A DNA stretch of 32,000 nt from Edaphobacter aggregans (lineage in GTDB: Bacteria > Acidobacteriota > Terriglobia > Terriglobales > Acidobacteriaceae), in contig NZ_RSDW01000001.1 in the NCBI RefSeq assembly GCF_003945235.1, positions 5,670,001-5,702,000 on the forward strand, written 5' to 3'. A program made the translations under genes and the position numbers. The notes below the pieces were generated by a model. That model saw nothing but the letters and a program-made list of their open reading frames with translations. It made no database searches and was not told the DNA's origin. Position 1 is the first letter of the stretch. Every line of letters starts with the position of its first letter. Of the stretch, positions 9,614 to 18,524 are shown in pieces.

Positions 9614-9867
9614 ATCTCGTACAGTTGCCGCGGCTCATCGTCCGGCGGATCTTGCTGATACTAGGGTTCCGAATAGGCGGTTTTATGTCCAACTGGACTG
9701 GATCGGTAAACACTGGCGGACTTATCATCAACAATGTTCTGCTGCGCCTCGAAGGGCTTACAGAATAAATTCAAAGTCACAGGATATTGATCGCGCTATT
9801 GTTGAGGCCAGTCCTACCTGTGCAGGTCTCTCTCCAATAAAATGAACCAACCCTGGAGAACAGGTCA

Positions 9868-10650
9868 ATGCGCATCGCAAGTGTTGGTCATACGGTCTTT
9901 TCGGTCAACATGATCGGTCTTGGAATTGTGGGTCTTCTGTACTGGGATTTCGTCCCGGTGTGGAATCCTGTTCCCGGCAATGTCCCCGCACGCGAACTAT
10001 TTATTTACCTCGGCGCCCTCATCTCCCTAACGTCTGGCATTGGTCTGTTTGTTCCGCGCATGGCGAACATCGCCGCGCGCTTGTTACTCGCCACTCTTTT
10101 ACTGTGGTTGCTACTTTTCCGGTTGCCAAACTTTCTTCATGAACCCCTTTTCGCAGCCTGCTGGACCGTATTTCCGCTCGCGGTCATGTTGGCCGCCGCC
10201 TGGGTGCTTTATGTCTGGTTCGCCGCTGACTGGGACCGTAAACATCTTAGCTTTGTCAGCAGCAACAACGGCCTGCGCATCGCCCGCGTACTCTACGGCC
10301 TCTCGTTGATCTTCTTCGGCATGGCCCATTTCCTCGCCGTGCAAGCCACGACTCCGCTAGTCCCTAACTGGCTACCGGCCCACCTGTTCTGGGCATACTT
10401 TACGGGCTCTACCTTCATCGCGGCGGGCGTCGCGGTGCTCATCGGCCTCTATGCGCGATTGGCAACAGCCCTCTCCGCCTTGCAAATCGGATTATTCTTG
10501 GTTCTGGTATGGATACCTATCGTGGCAGCAGGCTCCAAAGTTCCCTTTCAGTGGAGCGAGACCATCCTTAACACGGCACTCTTGGCCGCGGCCTGGGTGA
10601 TCGCCGATTCTTACCGAAACACCCCTTGGCTCGCCGCGAACAGCCGATAA
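9868..10650 (+). CDS. DoxX-like polytopic membrane protein (about 8 TM, internal duplication)
   Basis: 260 aa and very hydrophobic. The two halves are visibly related (PVWNPVPGNVPARELFIYLGALISLTSGIGLF... versus PLVPNWLPAHLFWAYFTGSTFIAAGVAVLIGL...). SD GGAGA lies 9 nt upstream of the ATG. Confidence 0.75.
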   Translation: MRIASVGHTVFSVNMIGLGIVGLLYWDFVPVWNPVPGNVPARELFIYLGALISLTSGIGLFVPRMANIAARLLLATLLLWLLLFRLPNFLHEPLFAACWTVFPLAVMLAAAWVLYVWFAADWDRKHLSFVSSNNGLRIARVLYGLSLIFFGMAHFLAVQATTPLVPNWLPAHLFWAYFTGSTFIAAGVAVLIGLYARLATALSALQIGLFLVLVWIPIVAAGSKVPFQWSETILNTALLAAAWVIADSYRNTPWLAANSR

Positions 10651-10956
10651 CAGCGGTGCTAACGCAGGACTCGGCTGCGCATGATGAGAGCCAGGAAGAC
10701 GGAATGACAACTTGATATAGGCTCTTTCGCTTTCTTTTTTCGGAGATGACGCTGAGTCGATAGGTATGAAGTCCCCGAAATCGCGCTTTACGGAAGTTGG
10801 CTGCGCTCGATCCGTCGTAACTGATCAGAAACGCGCTAGTGTTTTACTGATTTCCAGTGGGTGACTTTCCACTTGGCCGAGAAGCCGGTTATACACTCAA
10901 GTGGTTCTGAACGAGGAGGGGTGACCACCTGGGCAGTCAATGAGCGCTTTGGCCTG

Positions 10957-11090
10957 TGGCTGTTGAAAAACTCACTATTTACGAGAACAGCTTGATTTTG
11001 GGGGTCAATCATGCTCTACAAATCGTTTGTAGGGCATCCTGATGTGACTTTATTTTGAACCTCTTCCCCCATCTGAGTTTTCAACAGCCA
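10957..11090. repeat. 134-bp nested inverted-repeat element (MITE/REP-like element or structured RNA)
   Basis: Outer arms are TGGCTGTTGAAAAACTCA (10957-10974) and TGAGTTTTCAACAGCCA (11074-11090), complementary except for one A indel. Inner pairings are TGGGGG/CCCCCA and TCAA/TTGA, with a central hairpin ATGCtCTACAAAtcgTTTGTAGgGCAT (about 11011-11037). Confidence 0.5.
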
Positions 11091-11219
11091 CGCCTGATAT
11101 CGCTCATTGGCCTGCCTGTCAAATTCTCTTGACGTAAGCCGTGAGCTTCTGATGAGCTCTCATATTGCTGAAGTACTTCGGCAGAAATGTGCTCCCCTTC
11201 ACGTTCAGGAGTCAAAGCA

Positions 11220-12893
11220 ATGTCCAACATCCGAGCATCAATCCTTTTAGCCGTCCTCGCCTTGGCACTAGGAGGAGGTATTCCTCTTTTCGGCCAGGAA
11301 AGTCCGAATGCAGTTGCGGCGAGCAGAGATGCAGTTGCGGCTGACGAGGATAACAACGGCTTGCTCCAGGCGGACGTCGTCATCGACGGCAAGGCGCTCT
11401 TCTCAGTACGAGGCGTTCGAGCCCACCCGGCGGAGCGTCGTGCGGAGGAGATCGAAAATCGAATAAAGGCCGTGGCCAGGAACTCGAAGATTAGCGCGAA
11501 CTCACTCACACTTGAAGAGCATCCTGAAGGAACCTGGATCATGGCCGACGGTCAGCGCATCCTGGCGGTGTTGAACGAGGACGCGTCAATCGAAGGAATC
11601 TCTCCCCGCCCGCTTGCGGAGGTATACCGAGGCCGCATCGGCGAGGCGATCGAGGCATATCGCCGAGACAGGCGCCCCGGATTTCTATTGCGACGCGCCC
11701 TATACGCGCTCGGGGCGACACTTGTGCTAGTCGTTGTATTGCGATTTGGCCGCCGGATTGTCGCCTTTTTGCGAGCAAGATTCGAGCAGCGTTATCGGGC
11801 GCGTATTGAGGGCTTTGAACACAAGGCGCATCACATCATTAAGGTGAAACAGATCTGGGGGGTCCTGGCCGGCCTGCTGAATCTCACGTATGGTCTGGCA
11901 ATCGCGGTGGCAGTCTACGTTTACCTCCACTACGTCCTCTCCCTGTTTCCATGGACGCGAGCGTTTGCGAGCAGCATGTACCGAATGGCTGTCGATCCGC
12001 TGCGGACCATGGGCTCAGGACTGGTTGGCATCATACCCAATCTTATTTTTCTAGCGATTCTTGTCGTTGTCACGCGTTATGGGCTGAAGGTGATTAGAGC
12101 TGTCTTTGACAGTCTTGGTGCCGGAACCATGACGTGGAAGGGGTTTGACCCGGAGTGGGCCTTGCCCACCTACCGGTTGGTACGGCTGCTCGTAATTGCG
12201 TTCGCCGTCGTCGTCGCTTATCCCTATATCCCCGGTTCCGAATCAGGCGCTTTCAAGGGTGTTTCGCTGTTAATTGGCGTCATCTTCTCCCTGGGTTCCT
12301 CTTCGCTCATCGGGAACCTGGTCGCCGGCTACAGCATGACGTATCGTCGTGCGTTTCGGGTTGGCGAGTTGGTGAAAATCGGGGAGCACATTGGCAATGT
12401 CGAGCAGATCCGCCTTCTTGTTACGCACCTGCGCACCAAAAAGAACGAGGAAGTGATTATTCCCAACTCCTCTATTCTGGGCAGTGAAGTCATTAATTAC
12501 AGCTCAATAGCGAATGCGAGGGGCTTGATTTTGCACACGACTGTCGGTATCAGGTACGACGTGCCCTGGAGGCAGGTCGAAGCAATGTTGCTCGAAGCCG
12601 CGGCACGGACTGAGGGACTGCATCGCCACCCATCCCCTTTCGTGCTGCAGATGGAACTTCGGGACTTCTGCGTTATGTACGAAATCAACGTCTTCTGCGA
12701 CAAGCCACATTCAATGCTTGCATTCAAAACTGCGCTCCATAGAAATATTCTCGATGTCTTCAACGAGTACGGAATACAGGTCATGGTGCCGGCCTATGAG
12801 GGCGACCCGGATCAACCGAAGATCGTTCCCAAGGAACGGTGGTATGCGACCCCCGCGAAGGATGATGTTTCCACGAATAGGGCGTCGAAATAA
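11220..12893 (+). CDS. Mechanosensitive ion channel (MscS family) with signal peptide and a long N-terminal periplasmic/TM extension
   Basis: The MscS core is LIGVIFSLGSSSLIGNLVAGYSMTYRRAFRVGELVKIGEHIGNVEQIRLLVTHLRTKKNEEVIIPNSSIL. The N-terminus is MSNIRASILLAVLALALGG, with SD CAGGAG upstream of ATG 11220. The ORF-track start at 11187 is less likely. Confidence 0.9.
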   Translation: MSNIRASILLAVLALALGGGIPLFGQESPNAVAASRDAVAADEDNNGLLQADVVIDGKALFSVRGVRAHPAERRAEEIENRIKAVARNSKISANSLTLEEHPEGTWIMADGQRILAVLNEDASIEGISPRPLAEVYRGRIGEAIEAYRRDRRPGFLLRRALYALGATLVLVVVLRFGRRIVAFLRARFEQRYRARIEGFEHKAHHIIKVKQIWGVLAGLLNLTYGLAIAVAVYVYLHYVLSLFPWTRAFASSMYRMAVDPLRTMGSGLVGIIPNLIFLAILVVVTRYGLKVIRAVFDSLGAGTMTWKGFDPEWALPTYRLVRLLVIAFAVVVAYPYIPGSESGAFKGVSLLIGVIFSLGSSSLIGNLVAGYSMTYRRAFRVGELVKIGEHIGNVEQIRLLVTHLRTKKNEEVIIPNSSILGSEVINYSSIANARGLILHTTVGIRYDVPWRQVEAMLLEAAARTEGLHRHPSPFVLQMELRDFCVMYEINVFCDKPHSMLAFKTALHRNILDVFNEYGIQVMVPAYEGDPDQPKIVPKERWYATPAKDDVSTNRASK

Positions 12894-13198
12894 AGCACGA
12901 ACGTACGACGACTTAAGGGGAGGCCCTGCACTGCCAAATCAGTCATCGGACGCCCCGATAGCCATCTGTTTAAGGAATCCAAATGAATAGCTCTGGCTTT
13001 TTGGCCAACGCTACCTAACACGGCCATCCAAGATGCATCGTGAAATCTGAAGACGTTTCTCACCCTTTGCCACTGTCGTCGATCCTGGCCCACGTCGAAC
13101 CTACCCGGAACGCGATCATGCGTGGCGAGCTGTCTCCTCCGAGACCCAAACGGCTTGCGAAATAAATTGAACGCCCTGCGGTTCTACTTCGCCCTAGA

Positions 13199-13230
13199 CG
13201 GCTAGCAGTAATCACATAGCCGCTTTTTTT
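13199..13230 (+). terminator. Rho-independent-terminator-like hairpin with T7 tract, not attached to an obvious gene
   Basis: CGGCTA (13199-13204), a 12-nt loop and TAGCCG (13217-13222) are followed by c + TTTTTTT (13224-13230). It lies 300 nt after the MscS stop and 88 nt before the next start. Confidence 0.35.
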
Positions 13231-13317
13231 CAATCCCGAAGTCTGACCCGGCGTTCACAAGCCATGTAAGAACTGCTAGTTTCTTTCCTACTCTGAATTA
13301 ATTACACTGAGCACCGT

Positions 13318-13713
13318 ATGGGCGACATCTTCATCCGGCTGTGGAACAACCTCATGGGCCGTATAACCGGCCCGATGAACTTTCGGTTGATCATGCAGCC
13401 CTTGGTAGCAGCCGGCTTTGCGATCTGGTCCGGCGTGAAAGACGCGCGTGCAGGTCGCCCGGCTTTTCTCTGGACAGTCGTCAGAGATCCTGCTCAGCGA
13501 TCCGGCCTCCTCCGCAGCGCCTGGAAGGATGTCGGCAAGGTCTTCATGCTGGCGGTGATTCTCGACGCGATCTATCAGCTCATCCAGCTTCGGGCGGTGC
13601 ACCTGCTCGAGCTCCTGATTGTGGCACCCACCCTGGCTTTTGTTCCTTATGTCCTTCTACGCGGGCCTGTGACGCGCCTCGTCGCAAGGTTCACCCACCG
13701 CACGTCCACCTAA
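13318..13713 (+). CDS. Small conserved-looking membrane protein (3-4 TM), function unknown
   Basis: 131 aa with hydrophobic segments FRLIMQPLVAAGFAIWSG, VFMLAVILDAIYQLI and LLIVAPTLAFVPYVLL. The overlapping 227-aa ORF 13341..14024 is Arg/Pro-rich and looks like a shadow. Confidence 0.65.
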   Translation: MGDIFIRLWNNLMGRITGPMNFRLIMQPLVAAGFAIWSGVKDARAGRPAFLWTVVRDPAQRSGLLRSAWKDVGKVFMLAVILDAIYQLIQLRAVHLLELLIVAPTLAFVPYVLLRGPVTRLVARFTHRTST

Positions 13714-13850
13714 CAATCACTTTCGCAAACTTCAAGGAGAAGAACATGGCAGGCAATACCTGGGAACATCCCTGTCGCAATGGCGATCCCCAAGTCTTTT
13801 TCTCCCTCCTTCTGGAAGAATATCGCTACCTGCTGAGAACCGATCGACAT

Positions 13851-14921
13851 TTAATGAGATGGCTTTCGGATCGCAGTGCTGGTCGGAATTGGTTTTCCGA
13901 AATCAGGGGTTCCATCCGCATTCCAAGTGAAAGGCTGGATGCGTGGCGATCGTCGCTCCCCACATCCTTCTTTCGAAGCGGAATTAGCGTGATAGATGAT
14001 CCAGTCCTCCTTGCCGTCGGGTGATCGAAAGAACCCATTATGACCTGGCCCGAAAACACCCGCCTTTCTGTCTTGTTTGAAAAAAGGATGATCAAATTTT
14101 TTCCACGATGCGGGATCTAACAGGTTTGAACCAGATATTGCCCTAAGCAGACCGAGTTCGTAGTAGTCGGTCCAGCAAGCAGAGGCGGAGTATACGAGAA
14201 AAATGTCATTGCCATGCTGAAGGATCTCTGGACCTTCATTGACGTTGACATGCGGCATCTCCGCCCGGTCTAACAAATCACCTACCTGTTCCCAGGAATA
14301 CTTCGGGTAAGAGAGAACGACACGCGCGGAATCAATTGTCCAAGGATTTTTCAAATGGGCGATGTAGACGCGTTGTTCTCCGTCGCTATCCTTGTCCCAT
14401 CCCGACCAGACCAGATATTTCTGCCCCTGGTTTTCAAAAACGGAGGGATCGATTGCCCACTTGTCTGTCTTGTCCGCTACCTTCCCTTTGAAGACCCAGC
14501 TCTCAATAAGCGGATCCGCCGCCGTGTTCTCTAACACGTAGACGCGGTGTGATGCATTTGCTCCACCATCCGCGGCAAAGTAGATATACCATTTGCCGTC
14601 GAGAAAGTGCAGTTCAGGCGCCCAGATCTCATGTGAGTAAGGTCCCTCGGCCGGTGGGGTCCACACGATTTTCTTTTCTGCGTGAGCAAGGTCAGTAATA
14701 TCGCGAGTCTTCCATATAGTTAAGTTTCGCCCAGTCGTATTCATGTAGTAATAAAAGCCGTTGTGTTGAGTTACCCAAGGATCCGGCCCACTCGACAGTA
14801 AAGGATTGTGAAAGGTATCTTGCCCTAATGTGGGTTCCTGGGAGTGCCCCGCCGCAGAGATCAGCAGCAGATAAAGCGTGACGAGTAGAAACAGGTTTTC
14901 ACTTGTGACCCCTAAGGACAA
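13851..14921 (-). CDS. Glycoside hydrolase family 43 (arabinofuranosidase/arabinanase/xylosidase-type five-bladed propeller), secreted
   Basis: Signal peptide followed by FHNPLLSSGPDPWVTQHNGFYYYMNT...IWKTRDITDL...EIWAPELHFLDGKWYIYFAADGG...YVLE...WAIDPSVFENQGQKYLVWSGW. These are the typical GH43 catalytic Asp/Asp/Glu blocks. Confidence 0.92.
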   Translation of the reverse strand: MSLGVTSENLFLLVTLYLLLISAAGHSQEPTLGQDTFHNPLLSSGPDPWVTQHNGFYYYMNTTGRNLTIWKTRDITDLAHAEKKIVWTPPAEGPYSHEIWAPELHFLDGKWYIYFAADGGANASHRVYVLENTAADPLIESWVFKGKVADKTDKWAIDPSVFENQGQKYLVWSGWDKDSDGEQRVYIAHLKNPWTIDSARVVLSYPKYSWEQVGDLLDRAEMPHVNVNEGPEILQHGNDIFLVYSASACWTDYYELGLLRAISGSNLLDPASWKKFDHPFFKQDRKAGVFGPGHNGFFRSPDGKEDWIIYHANSASKEGCGERRSPRIQPFTWNADGTPDFGKPIPTSTAIRKPSH

Positions 14922-14984
14922 GATCTTGATTATCGTCGTCCAGGAAAGTCTGCAGCATGGGCTATCTTATAGCCTTTGATGCAT

Positions 14985-15926
14985 CTACTGTGGCTGATAT
15001 GGCTGCGCCGCCAGACGCTTTGTCTTCTGTCGGCGCGCATTCTCAGCATCGGCAAGACGGGCAGCGGTTTCGAACTCCATCGTCGATTCTTCCTTTCGTC
15101 CCAGTTTCGCCAGGGCAAGTCCATAATAGTAATGCGCTATTTGCAGATTCTGAGAATGTTCAATGGCCTTCTCGAGATCTTGCTCCGCTTCGTCATAACG
15201 CCTGGCGTTGTATGCAATCATGCCGAGGCCGGCCCAAGCTCCGGCATGAGCTGAATCGTGCTCAAGTGCCTGTTTGTAAAACTGCTCAGCTTGCACGCCC
15301 TGTCCCGTATTGCGGGCAATTTCGCCTAGTCTGTAGTAAGACTCGGCCTGATTCGGAGAGAGCGCGATTGACTTCTTGAATTCGTTGCGGGCTTCCTCAT
15401 TTCGCTGCATCATTTCGAGCAACAAGCCGTATCCGTAGTGCGCTGATGCGTCGTTCTGGCGCATCGCCAGGTAATCCTTCCATGCCTGTTCAGACGCCTG
15501 TACCTGATTCAGTTCGATCTTGTTGCGGGCGATGGCGTAGAGAATCCTTGGATCCCGAGGACGCAATTCTCGAGCTCGGGTGAGTGCTGCATCGGCATCC
15601 AGATTGAGAGTCATTGATTCTTCCTGGATACCGATGTCTGTAAGTAACTCGGCGTCGTCGTGCACCCAATAATTTGCCCTTAACAGAAATGCAAGTGCGA
15701 GATCATTGTTGGCCTTGCGGCGAGCGGTGAGGGCCTCCTCAATTGCTTCGGTTACTTCTCCATGACGGGCCATTTCATCCTTTGGATGCTGCCGAAGAAC
15801 TTCTTCAAATGCGTCCAGCTTGTCACTTTGGGGAGCGGGCCCGGCCGGCTCCTGCTGCGCCATGCAGACACACCAGAGGCTGAGAAAAACGACGGCGCCG
15901 CTCCAGATTGTCTTGCGCGGTTGCAT
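14985..15926 (-). CDS. Secreted tetratricopeptide-repeat protein
   Basis: 313 aa. The signal peptide is MQPRKTIWSGAVVFLSLWCVCMAQQ. Multiple TPR units are visible (AHYGYGLLLEMMQRNEEARNEFKKSIALSPNQAESYYRLGEIA..., AWAGLGMIAYNARRYDEAEQDLEKAIE...). Confidence 0.85.
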   Translation of the reverse strand: MQPRKTIWSGAVVFLSLWCVCMAQQEPAGPAPQSDKLDAFEEVLRQHPKDEMARHGEVTEAIEEALTARRKANNDLALAFLLRANYWVHDDAELLTDIGIQEESMTLNLDADAALTRARELRPRDPRILYAIARNKIELNQVQASEQAWKDYLAMRQNDASAHYGYGLLLEMMQRNEEARNEFKKSIALSPNQAESYYRLGEIARNTGQGVQAEQFYKQALEHDSAHAGAWAGLGMIAYNARRYDEAEQDLEKAIEHSQNLQIAHYYYGLALAKLGRKEESTMEFETAARLADAENARRQKTKRLAAQPYQPQ

Positions 15927-15950
15927 TGCTGATTAGCTTATTATGTGGGC
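15927..15950. promoter_or_regulatory. 24-bp divergent start-to-start gap with overlapping opposite-strand -10-like boxes
   Basis: TATTAT (15939-15944, + strand) and CATAAT (complement of 15940-15945) overlap. ATG 15951 lies 7 nt after the + strand box with no SD, suggesting a leaderless candidate. ATG 15926 (- strand) lies 13 nt after the - strand box. Confidence 0.3.
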
Positions 15951-17114
15951 ATGAAGGGCCGCCATTTCCAGTCCGGTCTCGGTAGGTTCTTTTGCCGTTG
16001 CTGTGCGGGACTGGCCGCTTCGAGCTTTCTGCTTGCTCTCGTACCCGGGACTTTGTCTGGACAGGATGCGCCGGCGATTCAATCGCTGCGCACCGGGATG
16101 CAGGCGATGCACGATGGCAGAGTTGATGACGCAGAAAGGGCGTTCCGGGCGGCGATTGCAGCTGCGCCGCAACTGCCTGATGCGCACATGGATCTTGGCT
16201 TGGCGCTTTTGCGCAAAGGGCGCCCGGCCGAGGCTGCGGCATCCCTGAGCAAGGCGATCGAGATTGATCCGGCAGCGCGAGGCGCTCATCTGTTTCTGGG
16301 TATCGCACAGTATCAGAACAATCATCTGGATGAGGCGCGGACGGCCCTTAAACAGGAGCTTGCGCAGAACCCGAAAAGCACCGAGGCGCTGACCTGGTGG
16401 GGAATCGTCGAGCTTGCTGCCGGGGATCCCGAAGCTGCAATCCTGCCTCTGGACGAAGCGGCAAAGCTGGCGCCCAACGATATCGACGTTCTCGACTATC
16501 GCGCCCGCGCGCATAGCCTGGTGGCAAACGAAAGCTATATCCGTATGCGCGAGATTGATCCCGAATCTTGGCATGTGCACCGCGCGCTAGGGCAGGCCTT
16601 TGCGGATATGGGTAATCCGCAGGCGGCAATCAAAGAGTACCAGGCGGCCATTGCGAAACAGCCGAAAAATCCCGACCTCTATGAAGCGCTCGGCAATGAA
16701 TACCAGAAGCTAAGCCGATTCGCTGAAGCGACGCAGGCGTATAAGACTGAGCTCCAACTGAGTCCTGACAACCCAGTGGCGCTCTACAATCTGGGAAAAA
16801 TAGACGTGGAGCAGGAGCGTGCTGCGGATGGCGTGGCGTTTCTCGAGAAATCTGTGCCGCTACTCCAACACCCCGAGCCTGGCTACTACTATCTCGGCCT
16901 CGGCATGGTAAAACTTGGACGCGACTCGGAGGCCATAACCTGGTTAGAGAAGAGTCTCAGGGGCAATCCTTCCAACTTCATCAAGCGGGGCGCATATTTT
17001 CAGTTGGCACGGGTTTACCAGCGCCTGCATAGGCCCGACGACGCAGCAAGAGCCCAGGCAGAGCTCAAGAAATTTGAGACTGATCCATCCGGCCTTTCGC
17101 GAGAAGATCAGTGA
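15951..17114 (+). CDS. Secreted tetratricopeptide-repeat protein
   Basis: MKGRHFQSGLGRFFCRCCAGLAASSFLLALVPGTLSGQ is signal-like and is followed by about 9 TPR units (PDAHMDLGLALLRKGRPAEAAASLSKAIEIDP..., PDLYEALGNEYQKLSRFAEATQAYKTELQLSP...). The ORF-track GTG at 15945 is the alternative start. Confidence 0.85.
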   Translation: MKGRHFQSGLGRFFCRCCAGLAASSFLLALVPGTLSGQDAPAIQSLRTGMQAMHDGRVDDAERAFRAAIAAAPQLPDAHMDLGLALLRKGRPAEAAASLSKAIEIDPAARGAHLFLGIAQYQNNHLDEARTALKQELAQNPKSTEALTWWGIVELAAGDPEAAILPLDEAAKLAPNDIDVLDYRARAHSLVANESYIRMREIDPESWHVHRALGQAFADMGNPQAAIKEYQAAIAKQPKNPDLYEALGNEYQKLSRFAEATQAYKTELQLSPDNPVALYNLGKIDVEQERAADGVAFLEKSVPLLQHPEPGYYYLGLGMVKLGRDSEAITWLEKSLRGNPSNFIKRGAYFQLARVYQRLHRPDDAARAQAELKKFETDPSGLSREDQ

Positions 17115-18130
17115 TCGGAAACTGCCGAGTTTGGGGATACATGCTGCTCCCGTTGCTCTGGCATGCAATGGGACAAGCGCAGAGCGCGCTCTACTCTCAG
17201 GGTCTGGCTGCCTATAACGCAAGACAGTGGGCCCAGGCAGCAGTCTTGATGACTCAGGCTGAAGCGAATTCACCGGGAGTTACCGATGCACTCCTGTATA
17301 CGGGTAAGTCCTATCTGCAGCTCAATCGCCTAGTAGATGCGGAGAAGTCATTGGCCGAATTTATTCGGACGCACCCCACATCGGCGGATGCACTGTACGC
17401 GTTGGGTCTTGCGCAGCAGCGCGAAAACAAACCTCGCGAATCACTTGCTACATTTACACGCGCAGCGAAGCTTCGCATTCCAAGATCAGAGGAACTGCGA
17501 ATCGTAGGTCTTGACTATGTGTTGCTCGGCGAATATCCGGACGCAATCCATTGGCTAGAGAAGGCAGTCGCTTTCGATGGCAACAATACGGAGGCGTGGT
17601 ATTCCTTGGGACGATGCGACTACACCCAAAGCCGGTTCAACGAGGCCGAGAAAGCCTTTGAGCGTGTCCTTGCCCTCGAACCCGAGCACATGAAGGCAGC
17701 GGAAAACCTTGGACTCACATACAGCGCGATGAATCGACTGGACGATGCGGAAAGGAGTTTTCGGCTAGCTGTTACGCTTGCCAAACAGAAAGGAAGTAAA
17801 GATGAGTGGCCCTATCTGGATTACGGCAGCTTTCTCGAAGACCAACACCGGTCTCAGGAAGCAATCCCACTACTTGAACAGTCCGTCAAGTTGAATCCCC
17901 AATGCACGGCCTGCCACGAAAAACTTGGCCGCGCCCTCGGTGACGCCGGGAAGCCGCAGGATGGGGTCAGGGAACTCGAACAGGCAGTAGCGCTGAACAA
18001 AAATGATGCACGCCTACACTGGGAACTTGGGCTGGCCTACCGCAAAGCCGGAATGCAGGTGGAGGCGAGAAAAGAGCTTGAGCTGAGCAGACGGCTCTAC
18101 GGCATAAAAGCCACAGGCGAGCCGAAGTAG
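17111..18130 (+). CDS. Secreted tetratricopeptide-repeat protein, translationally coupled to the previous gene
   Basis: The GTG start overlaps the upstream TGA (GTGA at 17111-17114). The sequence has a signal-like N-terminus and TPR units (ADALYALGLAQQRENKPRESLATFTRAAKL, TEAWYSLGRCDYTQSRFNEAEKAFERVLALEP, ...). Confidence 0.85.
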   Translation: MIGNCRVWGYMLLPLLWHAMGQAQSALYSQGLAAYNARQWAQAAVLMTQAEANSPGVTDALLYTGKSYLQLNRLVDAEKSLAEFIRTHPTSADALYALGLAQQRENKPRESLATFTRAAKLRIPRSEELRIVGLDYVLLGEYPDAIHWLEKAVAFDGNNTEAWYSLGRCDYTQSRFNEAEKAFERVLALEPEHMKAAENLGLTYSAMNRLDDAERSFRLAVTLAKQKGSKDEWPYLDYGSFLEDQHRSQEAIPLLEQSVKLNPQCTACHEKLGRALGDAGKPQDGVRELEQAVALNKNDARLHWELGLAYRKAGMQVEARKELELSRRLYGIKATGEPK

Positions 18131-18423
18131 TCGGCAGCCAAGTGCCTTTAGCTGTTGCTACTGGCTTCGAACACCGGTTTCACTTCGGTGGACCAGGCTT
18201 ATTGGCCGAGGTTGTGAACTCACGAATCCGCTGCTCTTCATGCTGACGGTAGCGGACTCTATCAGTGTGATAGATATCGTGAAACCAGACTGGAGGAGGG
18301 ATCAACACATACGATCGCTGATTGCGCGCAAGTCTAACTGATTCAGACAGTCCAGGCGTCTCTCCCTGCTCGGGGAATGACATAAGTTTATGAAAATATG
18401 TGCTATTGCATCATCTGTGTAAA

Positions 18424-18457
18424 AACGATGTTGACAATCGTTATTTCGTTCTATAAA
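18424..18457 (+). promoter_or_regulatory. Candidate sigma70-type promoter with a palindrome bracketing the -35 box, upstream of the TonB-dependent receptor
   Basis: TTGACA (18431-18436), a 15-nt spacer and TATAAA (18452-18457). AACGAT-N7-ATCGTT (18424-18442) is a perfect 6-bp inverted repeat centred on the -35 box. The spacer is shorter than the 17-nt optimum. Confidence 0.35.
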
Positions 18458-18471
18458 GCTTTCCAGTTTGT

Positions 18472-18524
18472 GTAATCGCTTCCATCAATATTTTGGTGGA
18501 AGCGATCCAATGTAAGCGCTTCCA
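18472..18524 (+). promoter_or_regulatory. 5' leader element: three copies of CGCTTCCA/TGGAAGCG able to form two mutually exclusive hairpins
   Basis: Segment 1 is ATCGCTTCCA (18475-18484), segment 2 is TGGAAGCGAT (18497-18506) and segment 3 is CGCTTCCA (18517-18524). Pairing 1:2 gives 10 bp and pairing 2:3 gives 8 bp, each with a 12-nt loop. GTAAtCGCTTCCA and GTAAgCGCTTCCA are 13-nt direct repeats 40 nt apart. Confidence 0.4.

Noticed and set aside
9531-9845. 104-aa ORF (and the internal MDDKSAS... start at 9597) downstream of recJ; also an inverted match GATGATAAGTCGGC (9600-9613) / GGCGGACTTATCATC (9717-9731)
   Set aside because: The 5' part of the ORF is simply the recJ C-terminal region read out of frame. 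The remainder has no recognisable family and an odd composition. The 14-nt inverted match is real, but extending it gives only patchy complementarity, so no MITE is called.
18180-18383. 67-aa minus-strand ORF in the gap between the TPR gene and the TonB-dependent receptor
   Set aside because: It has no SD and no recognisable family. It could be real, but nothing in the sequence supports it beyond being open.
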